The translations under genes were made by a program, and so were the position numbers. A stretch of DNA of 42,743 nucleotides from contig NC_068985.1 in the NCBI RefSeq assembly GCF_001194135.2, positions 100,104,967 to 100,147,709 on the forward strand, in the 5' to 3' direction. The DNA is from Octopus bimaculoides. Its lineage: Eukaryota. Every line of letters begins with the position of its first letter. Position 1 is the stretch's first letter. This document shows, piece by piece, positions 25,480 through 36,500 of the stretch. The notes under the pieces were generated by a model that saw nothing but the letters and a program-made list of their open reading frames with translations, had not been told where the DNA came from and ran no database searches.

Positions 25480-27282
25480 ATATATATATATGTATGTATG
25501 TTTATATGTATGNNNNNNNNNNNNNNNNNNNNNNNNNNNNNNNNNNNNNNNNNNNNNNNNNNNNNNNNNNNNNNNNNNNNNNNNNNNNNNNNNNNNNNNN
25601 NNNNNNNNNNNNNNNNNNNNNNNNNNNNNNNNNNNNNNNNNNNNNNNNNNNNNNNNNNNNNNNNNNNNNNNNNNNNNNNNNNNNNNNNNNNNNNNNNNNN
25701 NNNNNNNNNNNNNNNNNNNNNNNNNNNNGTAGCGGTCAGTTTGCTACATTGCCTCACTGCATCAAATTGACATTCGTTGATTGTAAGTTTGCATTGAATG
25801 AACATCTCTTTTCTGCAAGATAACGTATTCAATAGCGGGAAGAATGGAGATTAAAGAAACGTATGTGAGACCGGGTACTGTTAAGAAACCCGGGAAATTT
25901 TGAAGTAAAGTTTTCGTGTAAAAGCTTGCCGGCAAAGAGAACAACGCAGATGTTGGTTAAGAAGTGGCACGCTATGAAGTCAGGGCAAAATATCCTAAAA
26001 TAAAGGGACTCTACTGTTCTATCGCTGGAAGTTGTTCAGGACATCCACCAAAAGTTTAGTTGATATCCAAAGAAGTCAGCACCTAAATTGGCGCTGCAGT
26101 CTTACATACGCAACAGTTCATGCCAAAGGTTGTTGAAAATTTTAAGTGGCTGTCATATTATTTCACTTGCGTACAGCAATTAAAAGTGTATGACAAGAAG
26201 ATATGTGTAAACTACTGCACAACGTTTGTGAATAGCTGTTACAGGCAATACTGCAGTTTAATGGCAGATACAAGTAAAAGGTGAATCCTTATATGGATAT
26301 GAAATATCTCTGCAGTATATTTACACACGTAATATATACGCATTAACTGCAAATTTTAGAATAATTCATGTTATCAAATAATGATGTCATACTTCGTATT
26401 ATAATCAGTTGAAATGGCTCACTCCCTAAATAATACTCAATAGTGTTGCATACACTAGAGATAGTAGCCTTATATTATAAATGTAATCGACTAACTGACG
26501 GATTTAATATTGAGACACGGTGTTATATTGTTTCTACAAGCGAAATTGTTTAGCTTCTTAAAATGGTACACAGCTTCAAAGAGTTGGCTAGCTCTAAAGT
26601 TATAAATTCCGTAGATTTTTATCTCAGAGCAGCTCTGGGCTATGAAACTCAGTAATTTAATGCTTTAATCCGGTGCTATAATATTTCTGAAAAGAAGGTC
26701 TAGACTACTTCTGAAAATATTATTAATAGAAAAGGTTGAGAAATTTCCAAAAACAAACGCACGAATTTTATTTATCATATGAAAGTCTATGATGGAAAAT
26801 CAATATACACATCAAGAAAAGTAACTTTAATAAAACCTAGAGAAAATAACCGAATTAATTAAATGTTGGACAACCAGCTGATGTGATTGTCAGATAATAT
26901 TCTTTTCTGGCGTTTTCCTGTATCTCTAGAGAGAGCCAATTTACTCTATATTTTCCTGTTTATATAGAGAATGAAAGAAAGAACATATTTTCTGAAAATA
27001 TTACGTATAATAAATAGATTTGTATCTCATTCAACAAACACATCATCTCCTATCAGCATAGCCCTGTAGTTCCCCGTGATAAGCGCCAGGTTTAAGTATT
27101 GGAGTTGTTGTTATTGTGAAGAGTTATGATCAAAAGCAATCATCAAAGTCTATTATGTGTGTTATTGTTCAAGTATAGTGTATCTGCCTTCGTTATCCAA
27201 TATATATTCTGCTCTTTATAAGACAGTAGTGAATTGTGATGTTAGGGAGATTCGCCTCCTAATATTATCTAGCTATGTTACG

Positions 27283-27490
27283 TAAGGCGACGAGCTGGCA
27301 GAAGCGTTAACACGCCGGGCAAAATGCTTACCGGCATTTCGTCTCGTCTTTACGTTCTGAGTTCAAATTGCGCTGATGCCGACATTATCTTTCATCCTTT
27401 CGGGGCCAATAAAATTAACCAGTTGAAAGTAATTGAGGTCGATGTAATCAACTTAACTTGTACCTTTGCCAAAATTTTAAACCAATATTA
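27283..27490 (+). mobile_element. SINE family A, full length, tail type 2, candidate 9-bp TSD
   Basis: taaggcgacgagctggcagaagcgttaacacgccgggc...gagttcaaatt...ccaaaattttaaaccaatatta. gttacgtaa occurs at 27277-27285 and 27495-27503. Confidence 0.9.
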
Positions 27491-28798
27491 TCAAGTTACG
27501 TAAACGTCGTGAACTTTATATCAGACTGAGAATAAAAGTATTCTCCGCCAGCGGCTATCAGTCTACTACTGCTCTATGTCTTGCTCCAGGAGCAATGGAA
27601 ATATTTAAGAAATGTATTTAATAGAAATGTGAATTTCATTCTATGTTAGGAATCTGCTGTTATGCATTGAAGTAGTAGAGTAGATGGATTCAGTATCATT
27701 ATATGAATAGTATTTAAAAAAAGACCTGTAGGTTATGAACAATCGCGTCATAACAGCTGGATTTAAAATTAAAATGTAGCGAGACGAAGTTAAATTTAGT
27801 AATTAAATCTAACAGTCAACAACATCAACAACACTGCTATTATTTTACTACGCATATTGGATAATCATTATTCTTGTTTAACTTTTACACAATTTTCAAA
27901 TAATTTGTGTAACGAATTTATTAGATTTTCAAAATTTCTGTAATCTAATAGATTTTAGAATTCAATTTCTTTCCGTGAAGGAAGAGATTCCGTAGAGGAA
28001 ATTTTACACATTTTCCCCTCGAAGAAATATTTCCCGATGAGCAATATTTTACCATGAAAATATGTCTAGAATATGAAATTTAGCATGGAAGTAATGAAAT
28101 TCTATGTCTGGAAAAAGAAACCAAAGTTAAGATAGCGAAAGGCAGTATTTATACCTTTAGAATTTATTTTTACAATATTCTACCCATTGCATATAACAGA
28201 TGTAATGATTTCAGTGCGACATTGGCATACACTTGAAGTCGGATATATATATATATATATATATGATATTCATCACAAAAAAAATAGCGGCGAAGTGTGG
28301 AAAGGTGTCACTGAGAGAGAGTAATATAAATACATACCTGCATACATAAATACATACATACATATACACATACATACACGCATACATACATAAATACATA
28401 CGTCAATGAATATATACATGCATACAATAGGCTCTACCTAAGAAGTGATGAAAAAGATAGAGGTCTGAGATTAGAGCGGACAGTTTTCGAAGATCATATT
28501 GTAGCTCTCAGACAGCACATGTTAAAGAACAGTAGCAAAAATGTTCGTGCTGAAAAGTGAAGAGAATAATCCTGTGTCGGCAATGAGATCCAGAGAATGC
28601 ACTTCCTTCTTGATTACCTACTTGTCCACTCAAAGCAGTAAGACTAGCATTCCTCAAAGACCTAGATATCAAACGCTTAGCATACGAAAAAGAGTCTATG
28701 CAAGAGTATGTTTCCCGAAGATTGGAAGAAGAAAGCCATACTAACATCAAGCGGAGAGTCTCTTGGCTCGTGACTGTGTTTTGATTATTAATTTCCTG

Positions 28799-28972
28799 AA
28801 AGTCGGTGAGCTGGCGGAATGGTTAGCACGATGGTTAAAGTGTTTAGCGGAATTTCGTCCAATCTTCGTTTTGATTTCAAATTTTGCCGGGGTTCACTTT
28901 GCCTTTAATGCTATTGAAGTCGATAACATAAATGCCGGCGAAACACTGGGTTCGATGTAATCGGCTTACCCT
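28799..28972 (+). mobile_element. Diverged SINE family A copy
   Basis: gagctggcggaatggttagcacg...tttagcggaatttcgtcc...ttcaaattttgccgggg...cactgggttcgatgtaatcggctta. Confidence 0.75.
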
Positions 28973-29446
28973 TTGGGCATATGGGCCCTCCCACGTCGTA
29001 TATAGCGTGCCGGAGAAGGGTTATATGCAAATAAGATGCCCAAGAGCTAGTACAAGCACTGACTAGCTGATCAAACAAATCAGTGAGTATCGATATTTTT
29101 AGGATCTGCATCACATGTCCTTTAATCTGAATTTACATCTAGCAGTGTTTGAATAGCCATCAACTTGTTAGAAGAACAGGATTTTCTGTGCGAGTCTATT
29201 TTTGCCAGGTATGGCAATGTAGCTTATCCAACAGAGATTTCTCTGCATCAATACATGATGTATGGATTGAAAACCAGGCTTCCTAAAGATTTCAGAGTTT
29301 CAGACACGTTGCTACCATGTGATATTCATGAATACTCATGCATGATGCACATAAATATCACTGATAGTTTTGACTTGACTTTTGTAAAGTATCTAATCCT
29401 CTATTCCATAGAATGAGGTTGAGATACCCGATCTATTGTACGTTTT

Positions 29447-29515
29447 GTTTATTAAAAGGAACAAAACCATTATCTGTAAATAGTGCCGCACTGGTATATG
29501 AATAAATAAATATGT

Positions 29516-29546
<31 letters not shown>

Positions 29547-30535
29547 CATGCGTGTTTATTCCTCCGCTTCCATGCGATGAACGTGTTTTAGTTTAGCTAT
29601 AGCCAACGGATATAATTTCAAGGTAAAATTTGTGCAATGTTGAAAATACTCAAGCTGGCACTCGGGAGTATTCAATTCATTCGTCTTCCATATCTTAGGA
29701 CATGACCGTTCATGTGCTAAGAGGTAAACAACTTAAGTATAATGAATATGATGTTAATACAATTCAGTTTTCACTGTTGTCAAACTGTTATTGGTCAGAC
29801 GTCTATTTTTTTTAAAAATTCAACTAAGTTTATAGATACTTCCAGTTAATAAATCGGACGTGAGTAGTGCAAGAATATATTTATTATATGTGTGTGTATA
29901 TGTACATGCGTGTTTATTCCTCCGCTTCCATGCGATGAACGTGTCTCTGTTTCTACACTCACACACATAGACACACATATGTATACATATGTATGCACGC
30001 ATGTATATTTATGCCTCTTTATATTTATATNNNNNNNNNNNNNNNNNNNNNNNNNNNNNNNNNNNNNNNNNNNNNNNNNNNNNNNNNNNNNNNNNNNNNN
30101 NNNNNNNNNNNNNNNNNNNNNNNNNNNNNNNNNNNNNNNNNNNNNNNNNNNNNNNNNNNNNNNNNNNNNNNNNNNNNNNNNNNNNNNNNNNNNNNNNNNN
30201 NNNNNNNNNNNNNNNNNNNNNNNNNNNNNNNNNNNNNNNNNNNNNNNNNNNNNNNNNNNNNNNNNNNNNNNNNNNNNNNNNNNNNNNNNNNNNNNNNNNN
30301 NNNNNNNNNNNNNNNNNNNNNNNNNNNNNNNNNNNNNNNNNNNNNNNNNNNNNNNNNNNNNNNNNNNNNNNNNNNNNNNNNNNNNNNNNNNNNNNNNNNN
30401 NNNNNNNNNNNNNNNNNNNNNNNNNNNNNNNNNNNNNNNNNNNNNNNNNNNNNNNNNNNNNNNNNNNNNNNNNNNNNNNNNNNNNNNNNNNNNNNNNNNN
30501 NNNNNNNNNNNNNNNNNNNNNTATATGTATGTATG

Positions 30536-30576
<41 letters not shown>

Positions 30577-30649
30577 ATGCACATATTTATTTATTCATAT
30601 ACCAGTGCGGCACTATTTACAGATAATGGTTTTGTTCCTTTTAATAAAC
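29447..30649. repeat. Perfect 69-bp inverted repeat pair (29447-29515, 30581-30649) enclosing a perfect 45-bp direct repeat pair (29542-29586, 29900-29944)
   Basis: Checked base by base: 69/69 and 45/45 identity. The inverted arms continue inward into (CA)n and (TG)n. An N-gap (30031-30521) lies inside. Confidence 0.95.
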
Positions 30650-32806
30650 ATTATATGGATATATCAATATTTAAATAGCTGTCTGGCATTAATCTGGCAG
30701 TTCTGTTTTTGTGATTTTCTATTGATATACCAATATCACATTAATATTCAGATACTAACTATATACGCATAAGAAAAACAAGCAAAAAAAAAGCAAGAAC
30801 TGTTCCTATAAATTAAACCACTATATGCTAGAAATATTAATAAAATCACACTCATTATAAAGCACTGGCTTTCAAAAACACTTAAGGTTAAGTTGGATGG
30901 AAAGTCTGTATAACGATATTCTTGAAGGGTCCATTGAGAAGGCCTCGTTTTGAAATGCGTGATCAAAAGCTTCTTCAATATTGTTGTTGATGCTGTTTCT
31001 ATAGTCAGCAAACATTCCGATGAAGTAACAAATGCTATTAATCTTATACGTTAGGATAAGAAGCTCCATATCTGTCACTAATAAGTTTTCCACGACAGTT
31101 CATTCCCTTGGTTTGTCAAGATGTCAGCCATTTTATATTTCATGCCTATTTCCTCACTTTGGTAATACACTCCAAATTCGATTTTGCATGAAAAACTTAT
31201 AACCAACATTTTGCTAATGATCATTTAGCAATGTAGGTTCTCTCAAGTCTCCTCATCTCAGAGGAACTTCAGGCCTGTCTATTTTAAGGCGACCGTAAGA
31301 ATCAAAATATTTCATTCCCTTAGACTGGCATATGCTTTTCTCACATACGACGAAACGTCTGTTTATTAATATATACGTATTAGTATTTGCTAACACTTAT
31401 ATCTACACTGCTGGCGTGAACTTTGCAGTTTTGTTTCACGTGAGCATTTCGCATGCATTGAATTTTACCTCTGTTGTTGTTGTTTTTCACTGACATTGCT
31501 ACCCTAGCAAATGAGACAGGTCATGGACTTTCTTGGTACAGAGATTTTTTGCCAATTTTAAAAGTATATTGCCGTCTACCAGAGTAGAGACGCTAGTTTT
31601 CATCGTATTAGTGATGTGTTGCTTTGCTCTGATGATGCTCAACCGGCTTTTCATGAGAATGAGTAGCAACACGTCAGGTTGCTAGTGTTGGTCTTAGCAC
31701 TCGTCATAGTGTTGATGTTATTACGGCAACTGTCGTTGTTAATGTTGTTATTGCTGTCGTCGCTATTGGTAAAGGCATTAAGCTTTCGATATTTCTATTT
31801 GTTGTTTCTTTTTTTCTGTCGTTCATATACTGGTGATTGTTTTCATTATCATTGCCACTGCTGTGGTTTTGCTGTTGACATTATGCAAGGTTTCGTATAA
31901 CAGAAGTCGTGCACAGTTTATCTTCATATGAGATCACCATGTCACGCACATATGGTTGTGATGCATGTGCCTGGTGTACCCTTATCAGACGGGTAGTCAT
32001 GATAGGTATAATGGGTTTCGTATATCTTACCTCGGTGTCACTTTGTTGGCATGCACCGCTCTCTCACTCAATAATAATAAATAAATATATAAATAAATAA
32101 TATACATACACACACATACACGCACATACACACACACACACANNNNNNNNNNNNNNNNNNNNNNNNNNNNNNNNNNNNNNNNNNNNNNNNNNNNNNNNNN
32201 NNNNNNNNNNNNNNNNNNNNNNNNNNNNNNNNNNNNNNNNNNNNNNNNNNNNNNNNNNNNNNNNNNNNNNNNNNNNNNNNNNNNNNNNNNNNNNNNNNNN
32301 NNNNNNNNNNNNNNNNNNNNNNNNNNNNNNNNNNNNNTATATATATATATATATATATATTAAATCGCAAGTATTTATTTAATTCGTGTATGAGACATTC
32401 AGTGTATTTTTGCTTTGTGCGCAGACGTGCATAAGGGAAATAAGTATGCATCTTGCTGAAGATAAAGAATGCGGAAAGAGTATATTTACAATCAATATAA
32501 AGTTCTTAGCGTCGTAACTGTCTGGAATTAGCGAAGAATTATTATTGATATTTAGATTAGGACGAATTCATTTTTCGTTTCTTTTCGGCAAACTGATGTA
32601 AATCCTAGACCAACGAGACGAGGAAAAAGGTTAGCCAAAGTAAATTGATTAGAGTAAATCAGTTTTAAGCCGGCAAACTTATAAAGCAATTAAATATTGA
32701 CTAAATAATTGTGCTAGAAACATTCATGTGTACATGCATACAAACATACATACATGCATGTTCATGTATACATACACATTTAAATATGTGTATGTGTGTG
32801 GGTGTG

Positions 32807-32827
32807 TGTATATATATATATATATAT

Positions 32828-32874
<47 letters not shown>

Positions 32875-32885
32875 TAGATATAGAT

Positions 32886-32948
<63 letters not shown>

Positions 32949-32950
32949 GA
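32807..32950. repeat. (TA)n(TAGA)n microsatellite
   Basis: Seen directly. Confidence 0.95.
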
Positions 32951-33124
32951 GAAGGTGGTATATATGTTTATGTAGTTATGAGCTTATGCAGCCCTTTCTT
33001 TCTAATTCCGGTCCTCTCCCACTCTCACTCACTATCTCTCTCTCCGTCTCTCTGTGTAAGTATGAACTTCAGGATATTGCTACACACATATATATATATA
33101 TGCATTGTACGTTTTATGTATATT

Positions 33125-33162
33125 TATGTGTGTGTGTGTGTGTGAGAGAGAGATAGAGAGAA

Positions 33163-33215
<53 letters not shown>
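33125..33215. repeat. (GT)n/(GA)n microsatellite
   Basis: Seen directly. Confidence 0.95.
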
Positions 33216-33220
<5 letters not shown>

Positions 33221-33339
33221 TGTTTTCTGCTGTGTATCGCATTGCTACCTTTGCATGCCGAAGAGCTGGCTGGTGTAAATTAGAATCCGTTCAATAATAT
33301 AAATAAATAAATAAATTGATAGATAGACAAATAAATGAG

Positions 33340-33341
33340 GA

Positions 33342-33385
<44 letters not shown>

Positions 33386-33388
33386 ACG
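33340..33388. repeat. (GAAA)n microsatellite
   Basis: Seen directly. Confidence 0.95.
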
Positions 33389-33621
33389 AACATTAGAATC
33401 ATCGTGTTAATGGTTTGAAAAGAGTGGGATTTACTACAGAAGAGGAATTCCTAAATTTGAATACCTCTGCAGGTGCTCTTTTATGTTTGATAAAAAGTGT
33501 CTTACTCGCTGGCCCAGTTAATGGAAGTGGTGATGCTAGTCGTTCACCAAAACTCAACCTCTCTCACTTCCAATATTCTCTTCCCTCCTCTATCTCACCA
33601 TATATGTATATAACATACAAT

Positions 33622-33757
<136 letters not shown>

Positions 33758-33759
33758 CA

Positions 33760-33950
33760 CATCGAAAAATACCCTCGGAATGAGAACCGAGGTTCGAAAT
33801 TTCCCCAAGACACCTGATGAAGGCTGGAGGGTATATCAGACGAAACGTTGTGTTAACAACAACCAAGATGAGGACAAATATCCGTCAAATGTAAATAATG
33901 CAAATAATGTACATAATTCCTCATCTTTTAAATATAGAACAATATACAAT
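33760..33950 (+). mobile_element. Penelope-like element terminal repeat (solo pLTR-like)
   Basis: Contains a minimal hammerhead motif of the type known from Penelope pLTRs. Its 3' half recurs at 35236-35375. It follows a microsatellite. Confidence 0.65.
33809..33854 (+). ncRNA. Minimal type I hammerhead ribozyme motif with palindromic, loopless helix III (dimer type)
   Basis: GACAC-CUGAUGA(33814-20)-A-GGCUG-10-nt loop-CAGAC-GAAAC-GUU-GUGUU. Stem I is GACAC/GUGUU (5 bp with a G-U pair), stem II has 4 of 5 pairs, and AACGUU (33844-33849) is self-complementary. Confidence 0.7.
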
Positions 33951-33964
33951 TACGTTAAACATAC

Positions 33965-34006
33965 GAAGGCTTGTGCCTTAGTGGTCAGAGCACTGGGCTC
34001 AGGATT
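33965..34006 (+). mobile_element. tRNA-SINE head fragment (family C-like, A-box only)
   Basis: aaggcttgtgccttagtggtcagagcactgggctc resembles 7521-7556 aaggcgcgtcgcttagtggttatggcattcggctt. Confidence 0.55.
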
Positions 34007-35154
34007 TGTGTTTAGCGCATCAATTTGGACAGAATTATTATTGTTTTGAGAATAGGATAGATAATATCTGAAAGTAGATCCAGGAGGTGCGAAGAACGAT
34101 TTTGCACGTGTTCTGTTTCTGAGAGCTATTCTATTGGACCTCAGTCTAATCATTAAAACAACGTTTTAATGATTCTGCATTAAATGCAGCAGCATGCCTT
34201 TGCTGATCATGGGAAAGTCTCATCTCCCTTCTATATTGAGACTCCATCTGACGAGCTGCAACATGCTTTAGCTGATCTTGAAAAAGTTTCATCTCCCTTC
34301 TTTCTTGAGACTCTCGCCTTCGGTTTTTTACAATCTTCATTGTTTTATGGTTGTTTTTGGAGAGATTTCCTCTTTTCTTTGATGGCATTAGACATTAAGC
34401 TCTATTTTTGTAAGCAGTTGTATATATGTAGTGTGTTTCAATTTTTGTATGCAGTGTTAATTAACTAAATATAAGCAAATTAACCAAATACAAGCACATG
34501 TATGAACTTCTAATTTAACAGTAAATTCCACAATAACAATTATAGATAAAAATCTTAATGTATATATTAAGCGAATGCATTAAATGTTAATTTTAGTATA
34601 AATATGTAATTGTAAATAACTGGCAAACTTGCGATTGCTGCGATAGTTATCAACTTGTAATTGAACGATAAATGCATACTTTTATATACCTTGGACCTGC
34701 CATCTCATTGTTTCTTGTCAACAGTTTTACCTCCAGCCGTTCGTTATATCAGTCAACACACATACACTGACACAACATGCCGCTGTTGTGGCCGTAATGA
34801 TGGAGAGTTGTCGATGCGTAATTTTCTTCACATTAGGATATAAATTAATGATTTATTTCAAATATAATGGAAATAAGATTACCTTAGTGTTATCACATTA
34901 GATCTTAAAACTAATAATAAAATTTAGACAATATCATATTACATTATAATATATATATATTATTTAATTTTGATACGTAATGCTGAACCAGTGCCAATGT
35001 TAATCTTTTTTCATCCAAATGAAACAATAATTACATGTTGATACTCACGAGGTCTTATATAATCTTGTAAAATTTCATTTGATCAAGCCGTTTGAGAATG
35101 CTTAGGGAACAGCCAGACAGACAGATAGACAAAAAGTTATATATTTATATGAGA
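34007..35154 (-). mobile_element. Helitron-like element, decayed 5' part
   Basis: Minus-strand start tctcatataaatatataac...gtctatctgtctgtctggctgttccc...aaacggcttgatcaaatgaaatttt resembles animal Helitron 5' ends with a GTCT microsatellite. It is followed by an N-terminal ORF with 23-aa repeats and a frameshifted FRY...SVQIDALNT segment. Confidence 0.65.
34146..34388 (-). pseudogene. Helitron-like protein N-terminus with two 23-aa STPR-like repeats (80-aa ORF)
   Basis: MPSKKRGNLSK...RRR ESQERREMKLFQDQLKHVAARQM ESQYRREMRLSHDQQRHAAAFNA ES. The DNA repeat has a 69-bp period, and the E1-S/T2-R6-R/K9-L10 pattern matches STPR repeats. Confidence 0.7.
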
Positions 35155-35235
35155 AGAAATGGAACAACAATTAACAATTAGATGTTGATCGTTGGTATTG
35201 AATAGTCATAGTTTAATTATAGTTATAATTAACAT

Positions 35236-35375
35236 TTACAGTTCTGTTCTATATTTTAGAGATGAGGAATTATGTACATTATTTACATTATTTATATTTG
35301 ACGGATATTTGTCCTCATGTTGTTTGAGGACAATTATCCGTCGAATATAAATAATATAAATAATGTAAATAATGA
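35236..35375. mobile_element. Penelope-like terminal repeat fragments in inverted arrangement
   Basis: 35240-35320 is the reverse complement of 33868-33944 (about 5 mismatches in 77). It is followed by a plus-strand partial copy from 35326, forming a hairpin over 35275-35367 with a 9-nt loop. Confidence 0.75.
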
Positions 35376-35710
35376 ACATTCTCAGTTGTTTCAGTTTGTC
35401 ATTTTGGGAGTAAAGTTGCATTTATCTTGTTCCATGTATGATTTGAACTTTATCAGAGGAATATTGACAAGACATTAAAGGAAAAACGAAAAGTAAAAGG
35501 AAAAAACTTCGTTAAGTCTGTAGGCTTAGATTTTTGTTTCCTCTAAAGGCTTCGCGTATGTGTGTGAGTGTATCTATATATATATTCACATATGTATATG
35601 TTTTTTTTTTCAAAACACTTTCTGGTTTAAAAAGCCACATCATACGCCATGAAAGGGCTAAGGTGTAGGTGCAGGAGGTGGTCAAACTCTGTTTAAGGAG
35701 TAGACAACCA

Positions 35711-35747
<37 letters not shown>

Positions 35748-36381
35748 NNNNNNNNNNNNNNNNNNNNNNNNNNNNNNNNNNNNNNNNNNNNNNNNNNNNN
35801 NNNNNNNNNNNNNNNNNNNNNNNNNNNNNNNNNNNNNNNNNNNNNNNNNNNNNNNNNNNNNNNNNNNNNNNNNNNNNNNNNNNNNNNNNNNNNNNNNNNN
35901 NNNNNNNNNNNNNNNNNNNNNNNNNNNNNNNNNNNNNNNNNNNNNNNNNNNNNNNNNNNNNNNNNNNNNNNNNNNNNNNNNNNNNNNNNNNNNNNNNNNN
36001 NNNNNNNNNNNNNNNNNNNNNNNNNNNNNNNNNNNNNNNNNNNNNNNNNNNNNNNNNNNNNNNNNNNNNNNNNNNNNNNNNNNNNNNNNNNNNNNNNNNN
36101 NNNNNNNNNNNNNNNNNNNNNNNNNNNNNNNNNNNNNNNNNNNNNNNNNNNNNNNNNNNNNNNNNNNNNNNNNNNNNNNNNNNNNNNNNNNNNNNNNNNN
36201 NNNNNNNNNNNNNNNNNNNNNNNNNNNNNNNNNNNNNNNNNNNNNNNNNNNNNNNNNNNNNNNNNNNNNNNNNNNNNNNNNNNNNNNNNNNNNNNNNNNN
36301 NNNNNNNNNNNNNNNNNNNNNNNNNNNNNNNNNNNNNNNNNNNNNNNNNNNNNNNNATATATATATATATATATATATATA

Positions 36382-36500
36382 ATGCGGTCTTTAATACATT
36401 TTCCGTCTACCGAAAACACTGCCACTCATAAGGCATCGGTAGTCTCGGTGATAATGTACCGAACAAAGGGAATGAAACTGAAGCCATGTGCTTGCAACCT
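36382..36500 (-). mobile_element. Diverged SINE family B head
   Basis: tttccgtctacc...ccactcataaggc...gggaatgaaactgaagccatgtg (B-box complement retained), adjacent to (TA)n. Confidence 0.55.

Noticed and set aside
34656-34688. TATA box (TATATAAAAG, minus strand) upstream of the STPR-like ORF
   Set aside because: The position is plausible, but such motifs are abundant in this AT-rich sequence and there is no transcript evidence.
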